DNA of 64,000 nucleotides from a virus (IMGVR_UViG_2909314774_000001); one strand, 5' to 3'. Positions 1 to 9,519 are shown, counted from the stretch's first letter. Translations and numbers: made by a program. Notes: generated by a model not told the origin, from the letters alone.

Positions 1-50
1 AAAACCCCGTAGTTCTCATTCACAAGCGTGAGAACCACGACTCCTATGCG

Positions 51-485
51 GTGGCGATCACCAATGGGAGTCACGATTATTACGATGGTCTGCTAATGGC
101 CTCAGTGTCGCCTGATGAGGCAGACAACTCTTTTGCCGTCTTCGCTATGGTTGGTTACTACATGGCTGCCGAAATTGAGAAGTTGCGGGCGCAGAGAGAC
201 GCATTAGCGGCGGAGAATGCAGCCCTGAAAGAATCTGAGCGAGCATTCGATGAGATGTGTGCCGACGAACACGGAGATAATTGGGTTAGCGAATTAACGG
301 AGACTCCAGCCACCGATGCTTTTCTGGCTGAAGTACGTGCGCAAGGCGTGGATATGGCTCGTAACGCGATGATTGATTTTGTTGATGGTGAAGTTGGGCC
401 AAACAAGAACGTTCCGGGGCTGATTAGAGGCGCAGAGATATGCGTAAGTATTGCTGAACAGCTTCGTAAAGGAGTCGAAGAGTGA
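51..485 (+). CDS. hypothetical protein; reading frame is open to the window start, so probably 5'-partial
   Basis: 144-aa ORF in track; no in-frame stop between position 3 and 51; stop overlaps next start (ATGA-type coupling at 482-485). Confidence 0.45.
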   Translation: MAITNGSHDYYDGLLMASVSPDEADNSFAVFAMVGYYMAAEIEKLRAQRDALAAENAALKESERAFDEMCADEHGDNWVSELTETPATDAFLAEVRAQGVDMARNAMIDFVDGEVGPNKNVPGLIRGAEICVSIAEQLRKGVEE

Positions 486-703
486 ATAAAGCAGAGTTAT
501 TTCAGAAAATATCGGCTCTCGCGACTGAATGCCACGCTATAGCATCTGAGTTTGATGTTGGCGATGAACGAACCGAGATGTTCGAAATATACAGTGTGCT
601 GCGCAATCTCTGTCGGCGTGGCTACGCCACTCAAGTAGGGCGAATGACTAACCCACTACTCTCATCCTGTGATGAGGATGACTCGGATGAGGATGACGAA
701 TGA
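482..703 (+). CDS. hypothetical small protein with acidic C-terminal tail (DEDDSDEDDE)
   Basis: 73-aa ORF translationally coupled to flanking ORFs. Confidence 0.45.
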   Translation: MNKAELFQKISALATECHAIASEFDVGDERTEMFEIYSVLRNLCRRGYATQVGRMTNPLLSSCDEDDSDEDDE

Positions 704-1365
704 TGCATAAATCAGTAGCCGGTGAGTTTCAGAAGGAAGTCGATAATACCACTGATCTATTGGACGATATTTTAAGCATTCTCGCGCTGCTTGAGGCTGG
801 CGATTGGTCAGAACATTGCACTAAAACAGAGCTAGGCGGTCGGCTTGAAAGAGAGATTACACGACTTATTGGTGATGCGCAGGAAGCTACAGTCACTAGT
901 TATGAGTTAATCGCTGAAGCCTGGCGTTTGATGGATGGACAAGATCCTAAAACCAGCGATTGGCATAGCAAGGCTTCGAAGTATTTAAATTCCGATAGGG
1001 TAGAAAAAGTTGATGATGTGAAACCGAAGCCAGTAGACCACGGTTTCCGCGATAACTGCGAATGCTCTAGTTGCCAGACCACGGCCCGTATTTGTTCCGA
1101 ATTGACAGATAAGTCCAGCCTAATCTACGAAGTTAATGTAGGCGGTAATACATGGGTCGAATGCACAAGAGCTGCATACGTAAGAGCAAAAGACAAGGGT
1201 GAATTAACCAGAGTTGTTACCAATCACCCAAATAATGAGCTTAAAGAGCACCAGATTCGAGAACTGGTGAACGAGTTGAGAGATATTGCGGTTCAGTACC
1301 ACGGAACGCAGCAATTGCGGGAGAAGATTGCCAGAGCAGTGAACAACTCAGTCCGTAAAAAATAA
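700..1365 (+). CDS. hypothetical protein (221 aa), Cys-containing
   Basis: ORF overlapping upstream stop; inverted repeat AGGCCCCAT/ATGGGGCCT right after the stop (1382-1405). Confidence 0.5.
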   Translation: MMHKSVAGEFQKEVDNTTDLLDDILSILALLEAGDWSEHCTKTELGGRLEREITRLIGDAQEATVTSYELIAEAWRLMDGQDPKTSDWHSKASKYLNSDRVEKVDDVKPKPVDHGFRDNCECSSCQTTARICSELTDKSSLIYEVNVGGNTWVECTRAAYVRAKDKGELTRVVTNHPNNELKEHQIRELVNELRDIAVQYHGTQQLREKIARAVNNSVRKK

Positions 1366-1804
1366 GCAATAGTACGATAAAGAGGCCCCATGCTCTTGAT
1401 GGGGCCTGTAGCAACTAGCGTTATGGACGCTGGTTTACGTACTCAATGATCGCTTTGATAATCGCGAACATCGGCGGCACGATTTTGAACAGTAAGTTAA
1501 CCATAACAGGCCTCACTTAGTTTTATCGCGCCTAGCTGCAAATACCTTTGGGCTTGCCTTTGCAGTTGCAATATCTGTAGTCGCCAGATACTTACGGCAC
1601 GATTTCGAGTTAAGGTAAGGTTTTAGAGTCACCAAAAACCTGGACTTAAATCTTCTTTGAGAACAACGATGTTTAGTAAATGGTCATTATTACCTGGTAT
1701 GACCACTCAACGTTTCTTGATGAATCCAGTACATTCGGTTAATCTTAATTCAGTCGCCAGATACTTATGGCTCAGGAACAGAGCCGCAAACTCTGTTTCC
1801 TTTT

Positions 1805-1836
1805 AAAAAGCCCAGCCTAGTCAACTGGGCTTTTTA
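1805..1836. terminator. intrinsic terminator-like hairpin (AGCCCAG / CTGGGCT followed by TTTTT, A-run upstream)
   Basis: GC stem with flanking A and T runs, potentially bidirectional. Confidence 0.55.
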
Positions 1837-2130
1837 ATGTCTATTTTTAACCCAATGAACCTTCAATACCGCAACATCAGTGTCTTGCGAATTAAGATAG
1901 TGTGAATAGATTTTTCATGCAAGTGCATAAGCCTGTGGATAACTCAGGAAGGAAAAAGTAGCTTCCGCGCAATTTAGGCCAGACAAGGCTTTCGCAAAAG
2001 TCAATGGGAAGTAAAAATTTGTTAAAAATAACGTTTGTTGGAATTGTATATATTTATGCCTTTCAATAGTTAGCATCTTATTAACATCTTTTTTAAGAGA
2101 TAGAGTTCAAAAATATATAGCTTCAACATA

Positions 2131-2150
2131 TACTGTATGTATATACAGTA
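2131..2150. promoter_or_regulatory. LexA (SOS) box TACTGTATGTATATACAGTA
   Basis: perfect CTGT-N8-ACAG palindrome 17 bp upstream of the umuD-like start. Confidence 0.8.
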
Positions 2151-2166
2151 TTAAGAGGCGAGTATT

Positions 2167-2556
2167 ATGGGCTTCCCTTCTCCTGCGGCGGATTATGCTG
2201 AGAGCCGTATTTCTCTTGATCAGCAGATAATTAGACATCCTTCAGCGACCTACTTCATGAGGGCAGCTGATAGTCATCATCGTGAGGGAATATTACAGGG
2301 TGCATTGCTGGTGGTCGATTCCTCACTTACCCCGGTTGATGGTTCTCTGCTTGTATGCGCTCTGGATGGGGAATATCGCGTAAAAAGATACCGGAAGTAT
2401 CCACGTCAGCATCTGGAGGATTTAAGAACCGGTAAGAAGGAAGCATTGCCAAAGGATGACGATGGATGCACGGGCAGCAATGCCGTGTTTGGTGTGATCA
2501 CTCACATTATCAACGACGCAAGAAGTGGCGAGTTTGATGATTGTCCCGTGATGTAG
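2167..2556 (+). CDS. UmuD-like S24 peptidase (UmuD'-length; begins at the GFPSPAADY segment that follows the UmuD self-cleavage site)
   Basis: translation aligns by eye to E. coli UmuD (GFPSPAADY..RI.L.Q..I.HPSATYF; conserved DS and VK(K/R) catalytic positions; VFGV(V/I)(I/T)H(V/I) near C-terminus); no umuC partner downstream. Confidence 0.75.
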   Translation: MGFPSPAADYAESRISLDQQIIRHPSATYFMRAADSHHREGILQGALLVVDSSLTPVDGSLLVCALDGEYRVKRYRKYPRQHLEDLRTGKKEALPKDDDGCTGSNAVFGVITHIINDARSGEFDDCPVM

Positions 2557-2567
2557 GAGAACTGATT

Positions 2568-2593
2568 AGGCGGTGCAATGCACCGCCTTTTTA
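2568..2593 (+). terminator. intrinsic terminator (GGCGGTGCA / TGCACCGCC + TTTTT)
   Basis: GC-rich palindrome followed by T-run immediately after umuD-like stop. Confidence 0.65.
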
Positions 2594-3694
2594 TCACACT
2601 GCGCGGAATGCGATTTCGCCAGGTATTACTTCACCTTGCCAATACATTTGGGCAGCAACGCGATCTGCGAGGTCACGATAAATAGCCGTAAATTCGCTAT
2701 CTGGACGACTAATAACGGTTGGTGTTCCGTTATCCAGATCTTCACGAAGAGAGATATGAAGTGGCATTTGGCCTAACAACTGCGTGTTGTATTTCTCGGC
2801 CAGTTTCTGTGCGCCACCGGTGCCAAAAATTGGCTCGTGATGACCGCAGTTACTGCAAATATGCACACTCATGTTTTCGACGATACCCAGTACCGGCACT
2901 TCGACTTTTTCGAACATCACAATGCCTTTCTTCGCATCGATCAGCGCGATGTCTTGCGGCGTAGTTACCACAACCGCACCAGTTACAGGAATGTTCTGCG
3001 CCAGCGTCAACTGAATATCACCAGTGCCCGGCGGCATATCGAGAACGAGATAGTCCAGATCAGGCCATAGAGTTTCCTGCAACATCTGCATCAGCGCCTT
3101 GCTGGCCATCGGTCCACGCCACACCATTGCATTGTCGTCGGTGACCAGATAACCAATAGAGTTGGTTGCCAGGCCATGAGACATGATAGGTGCCATGTGA
3201 GTACCGTCAGGTGAGGTTGGACGTTGGTTTTCCGCGCCCAGCATGGTTGGAATTGATGGACCATAGATATCGGCATCCAAAATACCAACTTTCGCACCTT
3301 CAGCAGCCAACGCCAGTGCCAGGTTCACCGCCGTGGAGGATTTACCCACGCCGCCCTTGCCTGAGCTGACGGCGATAATGTTCTTAACGCCATTAATGCC
3401 TGGTTGGTTTTTGACGCGCTTAAGCGTGGCAATGTTGTACGACAGCTTCCAGTCAATAGCCTTTGCGCCAGTGATACGGAGCAGATCACCACTACATTGC
3501 TCTTTCAGGTCTTCAAAAGGCTTATTCCACACGAAAGGCATGATTAGTTCGACATGCAGTGTGTCATCCATCAACGCAACATGGTGTAACGCTTTAAGCG
3601 TAGTCAGGTTGTGTTTCAGGGTTGGGTGCTGAAAATTAGCCAGCGTACCGGCTACCATTGCTCTCAGGGCATCCGGCGATTTGGACTCGCTCAT
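2594..3694 (-). CDS. apbC: iron-sulfur cluster carrier ATPase ApbC/Mrp
   Basis: 366-aa translation near-identical to E. coli Mrp (SSGKGGVGKSS P-loop, CxxC motif); divergent from metG as in E. coli. Confidence 0.95.
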   Translation of the reverse strand: MSESKSPDALRAMVAGTLANFQHPTLKHNLTTLKALHHVALMDDTLHVELIMPFVWNKPFEDLKEQCSGDLLRITGAKAIDWKLSYNIATLKRVKNQPGINGVKNIIAVSSGKGGVGKSSTAVNLALALAAEGAKVGILDADIYGPSIPTMLGAENQRPTSPDGTHMAPIMSHGLATNSIGYLVTDDNAMVWRGPMASKALMQMLQETLWPDLDYLVLDMPPGTGDIQLTLAQNIPVTGAVVVTTPQDIALIDAKKGIVMFEKVEVPVLGIVENMSVHICSNCGHHEPIFGTGGAQKLAEKYNTQLLGQMPLHISLREDLDNGTPTVISRPDSEFTAIYRDLADRVAAQMYWQGEVIPGEIAFRAV

Positions 3695-3851
3695 CCCGTC
3701 TCCTTTATTTTAATTTGCGCAATTGTCGCCTTGTAGTGTACTCCAGCTACGACATTTAATCATTTATGAGAAATGCTGTTATCACATGGCAGACATAAGG
3801 CCATTTTGTTACTATCAAGCCCCTTTTCACTACAAAGAAGTAATGCCTACT

Positions 3852-5885
3852 ATGACCCAAGTCGCGAAGAAAATTCTGGTGACGTGCGCGCTGCCGTACG
3901 CTAACGGCTCAATCCACCTCGGCCATATGCTGGAGCACATCCAGGCTGATGTCTGGGTTCGTTACCAGCGAATGCGCGGCCACGAGGTTAATTTCATCTG
4001 TGCCGACGATGCCCACGGTACGCCGATCATGCTGAAAGCACAGCAGCTTGGTATCACACCGGAGCAGATGATTGGCGAAATGAGTCAGGAACACCAGACT
4101 GATTTCGCAGGCTTTAACATCAGCTATGACAACTATCACTCGACGCACAGCGAAGAGAACCGTCAGTTGTCTGAGCTTATCTATACTCGCCTGAAAGAGA
4201 ACGGTTTTATTAAAAACCGCACTATCTCTCAGTTGTACGACCCGGAAAAAGGCATGTTCCTGCCGGATCGTTTTGTAAAAGGCACCTGCCCGAAATGTAA
4301 AGCGCCAGATCAATACGGCGATAACTGTGAAGTCTGCGGCGCGACCTACAGCCCGACTGAACTGATTGAGCCGAAATCGGTAGTTTCTGGCGCTACGCCG
4401 GTAATGCGTGATTCTGAACACTTCTTCTTTGATCTGCCCTCTTTCAGCGAAATGTTGCAGGCATGGACCCGCAGCGGCGCGTTGCAGGAGCAGGTGGCGA
4501 ACAAAATGCAGGAATGGTTTGAATCCGGCCTGCAACAGTGGGATATCTCCCGCGATGCGCCTTACTTCGGTTTTGAAATTCCGAACGCGCCGGGCAAATA
4601 TTTCTACGTCTGGCTGGACGCGCCGATTGGCTACATGGGTTCCTTCAAGAATCTGTGCGACAAACGCGGCGATACCACCAGCTTCGATGAATACTGGAAG
4701 AAAGACTCCACCGCCGAGCTGTACCACTTCATCGGTAAAGATATTGTTTACTTCCACAGCCTGTTCTGGCCTGCCATGCTGGAAGGCAGCAACTTCCGCA
4801 AGCCGACCAACTTGTTTGTTCACGGCTATGTGACGGTGAACGGCGCGAAGATGTCCAAGTCTCGCGGCACCTTTATTAAAGCCAGCACCTGGCTGAATCA
4901 TTTTGACGCCGACAGCCTGCGTTACTACTACACTGCGAAACTCTCTTCGCGCATTGATGATATCGATCTCAACCTGGAGGATTTCGTTCAGCGCGTGAAT
5001 GCCGATATCGTGAACAAAGTGGTTAACCTGGCCTCCCGTAATGCAGGCTTTATCAACAAGCGTTTTGACGGCGTGCTGGCAAGCGAACTGGCTGACCCGC
5101 AACTGTACAAAACCTTTACTGATGCCGCTGAAGTGATTGGCGAAGCATGGGAAAGCCGCGAATTTGGTAAAGCTATCCGTGAAATCATGGCATTGGCTGA
5201 CCTGGCTAACCGCTATGTCGATGAACAGGCTCCGTGGGTGGTGGCGAAGCAGGAAGGACGCGATGCCGATCTGCAGGCGATTTGCTCTATGGGCATTAAC
5301 CTGTTCCGCGTGCTGATGACGTACCTGAAGCCGGTACTGCCGAAACTGACTGAACGTGCAGAAGCATTCCTGAATACAGAACTGACCTGGGATGGTATCC
5401 AGCAACCGCTGCTGGGCCATAAAGTGAATCCGTTCAAGGCACTGTATAACCGTATCGATATGAAGCAGGTTGAAGCACTGGTGGAAGCATCTAAAGAAGA
5501 AGTGAAAGCAGCTGCCACGCCAGTAACTGGCCCGCTGGCAGATGATCCGATTCAGGAAACCATCACCTTTGATGACTTCGCCAAAGTTGACCTGCGCGTG
5601 GCGCTGATTGAAAACGCAGAGTTTGTAGAAGGTTCTGACAAACTGCTTCGCCTGACGCTGGATCTCGGTGGTGAAAAGCGTAATGTCTTCTCAGGCATCC
5701 GTTCCGCTTATCCAGATCCACAGGCACTGATTGGTCGTCACACCATTATGGTGGCTAACCTGGCACCACGTAAAATGCGCTTCGGTATCTCTGAAGGCAT
5801 GGTGATGGCTGCTGGCCCTGGCGGGAAAGATATCTTCCTGTTAAGCCCGGATGTCGGTGCTAAACCTGGCCACCAGGTTAAGTAA
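3852..5885 (+). CDS. metG: methionyl-tRNA synthetase
   Basis: translation from [26 protein letters not shown] matches E. coli MetG almost residue for residue (HIGH and KMSKS motifs); the ORF-track start at 3723 is an upstream in-frame extension. Confidence 0.97.
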   Translation: MTQVAKKILVTCALPYANGSIHLGHMLEHIQADVWVRYQRMRGHEVNFICADDAHGTPIMLKAQQLGITPEQMIGEMSQEHQTDFAGFNISYDNYHSTHSEENRQLSELIYTRLKENGFIKNRTISQLYDPEKGMFLPDRFVKGTCPKCKAPDQYGDNCEVCGATYSPTELIEPKSVVSGATPVMRDSEHFFFDLPSFSEMLQAWTRSGALQEQVANKMQEWFESGLQQWDISRDAPYFGFEIPNAPGKYFYVWLDAPIGYMGSFKNLCDKRGDTTSFDEYWKKDSTAELYHFIGKDIVYFHSLFWPAMLEGSNFRKPTNLFVHGYVTVNGAKMSKSRGTFIKASTWLNHFDADSLRYYYTAKLSSRIDDIDLNLEDFVQRVNADIVNKVVNLASRNAGFINKRFDGVLASELADPQLYKTFTDAAEVIGEAWESREFGKAIREIMALADLANRYVDEQAPWVVAKQEGRDADLQAICSMGINLFRVLMTYLKPVLPKLTERAEAFLNTELTWDGIQQPLLGHKVNPFKALYNRIDMKQVEALVEASKEEVKAAATPVTGPLADDPIQETITFDDFAKVDLRVALIENAEFVEGSDKLLRLTLDLGGEKRNVFSGIRSAYPDPQALIGRHTIMVANLAPRKMRFGISEGMVMAAGPGGKDIFLLSPDVGAKPGHQVK

Positions 5886-5905
5886 TTAAGCAACCATTCT
5901 TCACA

Positions 5906-5934
5906 ATGCCCAGCAATACGCTGGGCATTTTCAT
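5906..5934 (+). terminator. metG intrinsic terminator (AATGCCCAGC / GCTGGGCATT + T-run)
   Basis: GC stem-loop plus T-run 20 bp after the metG stop. Confidence 0.7.
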
Positions 5935-6046
5935 ATAGACACAACCCCTTCTGACTTTAACAAACCCTAAAACAATTTGTTTTCTACCTTTTGTTGATTG
6001 AGATAATAAGCCACATAAGAAAACAAATTGTTTCGGAGTGGTTGAA

Positions 6047-6346
6047 ATGTTGAACATTACCCAAGCCTACCAGGTGGCATTGATCAGTTCATCTCATACA
6101 TCAGAGGAAGATGCTCGCCGATTCATGATCGCAAGCAATGAGCTGGATTGGGTTTCACAAATTGACGGCGGTTGTATTGTCCACGCCGGGTTACAGGATG
6201 ATGTCTGGAAAGAGGACTTGCGTCGATATGGTATATCCGAAGGCGCAATTGCTAACATTCAGAAAGTACTTGATGTAGGCTTTGACTGTGTACATTTTGA
6301 TTGTGGTGCGCCGATCGTTGAAGGGCTTGAGTGCTGGTGTTGGTAG
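6047..6346 (+). CDS. hypothetical protein, first gene of the foreign element (Cys-rich C-terminus ..HFDCGAPIVEGLECWCW)
   Basis: ORF preceded by two copies of the class-A palindrome (5969-5984, 6019-6034); ATG at 6047 preferred over the track start at 6038. Confidence 0.5.
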   Translation: MLNITQAYQVALISSSHTSEEDARRFMIASNELDWVSQIDGGCIVHAGLQDDVWKEDLRRYGISEGAIANIQKVLDVGFDCVHFDCGAPIVEGLECWCW

Positions 6347-6477
6347 AGTGTATAAGCGGATCAATGAGTTACGGAAACAGTTAATAATGAGGAGCTTGTA
6401 ATAAGCTGTATACCCTAGAAAAGCTAGACTAGGGAATAAAATGACGTGAAACTGGGCGGGACAGTAAATAATTCCGA

Positions 6478-7707
6478 ATGATAATTGAACAAATAACCCC
6501 TTGCTCGGAGCTTGGAATGACTGATACCGCTTTTTCAAAATCGTTACAAAAAGAAGTCGATCCTGAGCAGTACTTGGCGCTAAAGAATTTAGATGACAGC
6601 TCGGTTCATGCTATTGCCCGTGACGATATCATCTGCCCCATTTGCAAAGTTGGAGGTGGTTCGTTCGTTAGAGCCACTAGGAATGGTGGCTATCACAAGA
6701 AGGCGCATTTCAGATTTACCGGTGAAGATGGTCAAGGCCATCATCCATCATGTGATTTCTATGGAGATAGATTAACATCTGAGGTGAAGCAGCACCTTGT
6801 CTCATTCACAAAAGATCGAACAAAGTATTCGCAGGTAATACGAAAGCTGGTCTGTGCCGGCATACAGGAAGGGATATTTACTCAAGAAAAAATGTGGCAG
6901 ATGAGGGAATGGTTCTTCAATAAGCGAAAGGATTCCACATTTGAAATATGGTTAGAAAGCGAGCATTTAGACTGGCTTTATTATATTAGTGGGTTACGTG
7001 ATGCATATCTAGCATGGACAACTCCTGATATTCTACCTTTCGCGCCCATTCAGGTTACTGTCCCTGGTTTTTCTTGGAGGCGTGCGATTGACAAAGAGGT
7101 GCTAAGAGTTCACATCAAGACTCTCCAGCAATTGCGTGAAATTTCAGTCTCACATAGTGACATTGCTGTAATCTTAGAACACATAAACAATAATCGTGAC
7201 CGCACAATTCTCGATCCATCGCATTTGGAGGACGAGATAAGTAAGACCTATAAGCTTACTAGTTTTGTGATGGGCAATTACATTGAGTTTCAGACAAAAA
7301 CGGTTAGCGACAGAGCATACGGGGAAGCTAAGTTTCTGGCATTTGCAGCACTTTTGTTGTTCGTGTCAGATTGGGACCTCAACATTGCTATTGGTAAGTT
7401 TTCTAAGATTGCCAGAGTGAAGGAGGTTGATGACATGCTGGCTGGTAATTTCATTGGTCTTAATCCTTACTTCCGATACGACCTGGCTAATGCAGTGAAG
7501 AGATTGCAGGATAACTGGCCGATTGAATACCAAGAGTTGGAGCATTGGAATGTTGAGAAATCCATGCGTGACGCATATGAAAAGTGGCGTGCGACAGAGC
7601 CTGAATTCGCTCCACCCCTATTGCCAGACTTGTATATTGCCAAACATGAGAAAGAAGTCGCACAAGACGAGCAAGTCAGGCAGTGGATTAAGAACGGGGA
7701 TGTTTGA
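6478..7707 (+). CDS. hypothetical protein with N-terminal Cys/His cluster (CPIC ... HH..C), function unknown
   Basis: 409-aa ORF; no recognisable catalytic motif. Confidence 0.55.
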   Translation: MIIEQITPCSELGMTDTAFSKSLQKEVDPEQYLALKNLDDSSVHAIARDDIICPICKVGGGSFVRATRNGGYHKKAHFRFTGEDGQGHHPSCDFYGDRLTSEVKQHLVSFTKDRTKYSQVIRKLVCAGIQEGIFTQEKMWQMREWFFNKRKDSTFEIWLESEHLDWLYYISGLRDAYLAWTTPDILPFAPIQVTVPGFSWRRAIDKEVLRVHIKTLQQLREISVSHSDIAVILEHINNNRDRTILDPSHLEDEISKTYKLTSFVMGNYIEFQTKTVSDRAYGEAKFLAFAALLLFVSDWDLNIAIGKFSKIARVKEVDDMLAGNFIGLNPYFRYDLANAVKRLQDNWPIEYQELEHWNVEKSMRDAYEKWRATEPEFAPPLLPDLYIAKHEKEVAQDEQVRQWIKNGDV

Positions 7708-8148
7708 GTGTAATTAGCTTAATCAATCAGTTGATAATGGCGGTCACAATTTGATTCTTTTCTATAAGAACCCGTTGATCGCCACTACTCCCATCCCATA
7801 CCAGCAATCACATCATTAAATATCAATAGGTTAACGTTGTTTATACCAATAAGAAAACAACTAAATAACAGATCAACGAAACATCAACGCTTTCTCCCGA
7901 TTTGGTCTAAAAAATTGACGTTATCACACATCACTTCTTATACCCGTAATTCTACGCAGCAGATAGCGCCACAGCGTCCAAATTTCACCACAAACGACTC
8001 AACACACTACCAACAAAAACACACGCTCAAAATCGCTCCCGTTGCGTTACACAACCATATAAACAACTTATTTTCAGGCATAACAAAACAACTAAATAAC
8101 ACATATGACATTCCCCAAAACAACCAACCTCTTTATGGCAGGCTACCG

Positions 8149-8215
8149 AAAAGACCCACCTCTTCTCCCCAGGCTACCGGACAACCAACCTAACTTTCAC
8201 AGGCAATCCGAAAAC
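8149..8215 (+). repeat. three imperfect direct repeats CAGGCTACCG-N-CCAACCT inside a G-depleted tract
   Basis: repeat units starting near 8149, 8171, 8201; the same family recurs at 12135-12210. Confidence 0.5.
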
Positions 8216-8701
8216 ATTCATACGCGCGATACCCACGACACGCCATTCCCCAAACAGCGAAGAAACACCAGAATCACTGAAACCCCAACGAAGCCTGTTA
8301 CCGCAAGGTTTCTCTCAATCCCAAAAGACACGAAACATAACAATCACGGGAAACGCCATTACCCAATACACGAATAACTACAAAAGCCCTTCACGCACTC
8401 CAGACAAACAACTCAAACACAATAACGAAAGCAATCGCCCACCTGCCATTACTCCATACACGGAGAAGAACAATCACCAAAACGACGAGAACACCCCATA
8501 GAAGAACCACCGCAAAACGAACGAAACCATTTACACCGACAGAGAGAACAACACACCCAATTCACCAACAGAAATAGTCGCCGCATAGAACGTTCTGGAA
8601 GGAGTGAGCATTAACGCCTATAGAGAGGTTGAGACAGATAAAACACGAAGAAAACACAACATGTATAGCGAACAAGCCAGGTATGTATAAGTGGGGAGGG
8701 A

Positions 8702-8726
8702 AGGAGGTGTGTCGCCTCCTTTTTCG
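8702..8726 (+). terminator. intrinsic terminator (AGGAGG tgtgtcg CCTCCT + TTTTT)
   Basis: stem-loop with T-run at the 3' edge of the G-depleted tract. Confidence 0.6.
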
Positions 8727-8810
8727 TATTTATTCAACTCCTGATTTTATCCCCCGTAACACCCCTACGGTCAGCCTTCGGTCCATACAGGGAAAAGGCT
8801 GCATCCCGCT

Positions 8811-8930
8811 ACAGAAACGGCTGGGTTGCCTTCGGGGAACGGCTGGAGGTTTTCAGGGAAACGGTCGAGTTGCCTGTGTGGATTTCGGGAAACGGCTCGA
8901 TGCCGGTTCAGGAACGGTGGCGTACCGGTA
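8811..8930 (+). repeat. five direct repeats with core G(G/A)AACGG(C/T) at roughly 21-32 bp spacing (iteron-like)
   Basis: cagaaacggctgggttgcc / ggggaacggctggagg / cagggaaacggtcgagttgcc / cgggaaacggctcgatgcc / caggaacggtggcg. Confidence 0.6.
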
Positions 8931-9300
8931 TAGCGAGAGGGAGAGTTGCGGCTACCCACCTGTAATGTGCGGGAAGAAGAGAGGCGCTCACGTGCAGGCG
9001 GACTAACTTACCGTTGGACTCCCTCTGAATGCCCAACTACAGCGTAATTGTGCCAGAGAGTCAGCGGGTCACAATCGATTTCAGTAGGTTTTCGGGGAGA
9101 AGAAAATTCTGCCCACCAGCCCTGCGGCGCGCGTAGGGCAGAATATCGTAAATACTGGTTCCGTGTCGTTCCCGGATACTCACTACCCAGCCTGGCTTTC
9201 CCGACATAAAATCCTTTTCCGCCTTTGTCTTATTGCGATAATAACACCAACAAGTAAACAACATGTTTAGACGTTATATAAACGAAGTGAGGATGAAGAG

Positions 9301-9519
9301 ATGATTAAGATGCCTGTGACGGTTGAGGTGTGGGGCGTGGATTCCCTGGCTGAGTGTCTGGATGCAGTGGGGCCGGAGTTGTACCGCAAGTTGTGGTCGT
9401 TCGTCCCGGCAGAAGGGGAATCGCCCAAAGGGAAGGATATCTGGCACCTGCTGAGTGAAGATGAAAAGCGGGAGCTGGTGTACGCGGTACACAGCGAGTT
9501 CCCGGGCGACGAAGATTAA
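9301..9519 (+). CDS. small acidic early protein (72 aa)
   Basis: class-A palindrome at 9254-9270, RBS GAGGA, hairpin 9526-9547 downstream. Confidence 0.5.
   Translation: MIKMPVTVEVWGVDSLAECLDAVGPELYRKLWSFVPAEGESPKGKDIWHLLSEDEKRELVYAVHSEFPGDED

Noticed and set aside
158-406. 82-aa minus-strand ORF
   Set aside because: Fully inside the plus-strand ORF 51-485 and Ala/Ser-rich; most likely an antisense artefact.
3909-5420. 503-aa ORF on the minus strand
   Set aside because: Lies entirely antisense to metG, whose translation matches MetG nearly residue for residue; it is an open antisense frame, not a gene.
7837-8377. ORFs 7837-8193 and 8105-8377 with Thr/Asn/Gln/Pro-rich translations
   Set aside because: Fall in the G-depleted tract, where stop codons containing G are rare; no RBS; the region is better explained as non-coding.
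8629-9006. 125-aa ORF
   Set aside because: Spans the terminator at 8702-8726 and the GGAAACGGC repeat array; its Gly/Arg-rich translation reflects the repeats, not a protein.
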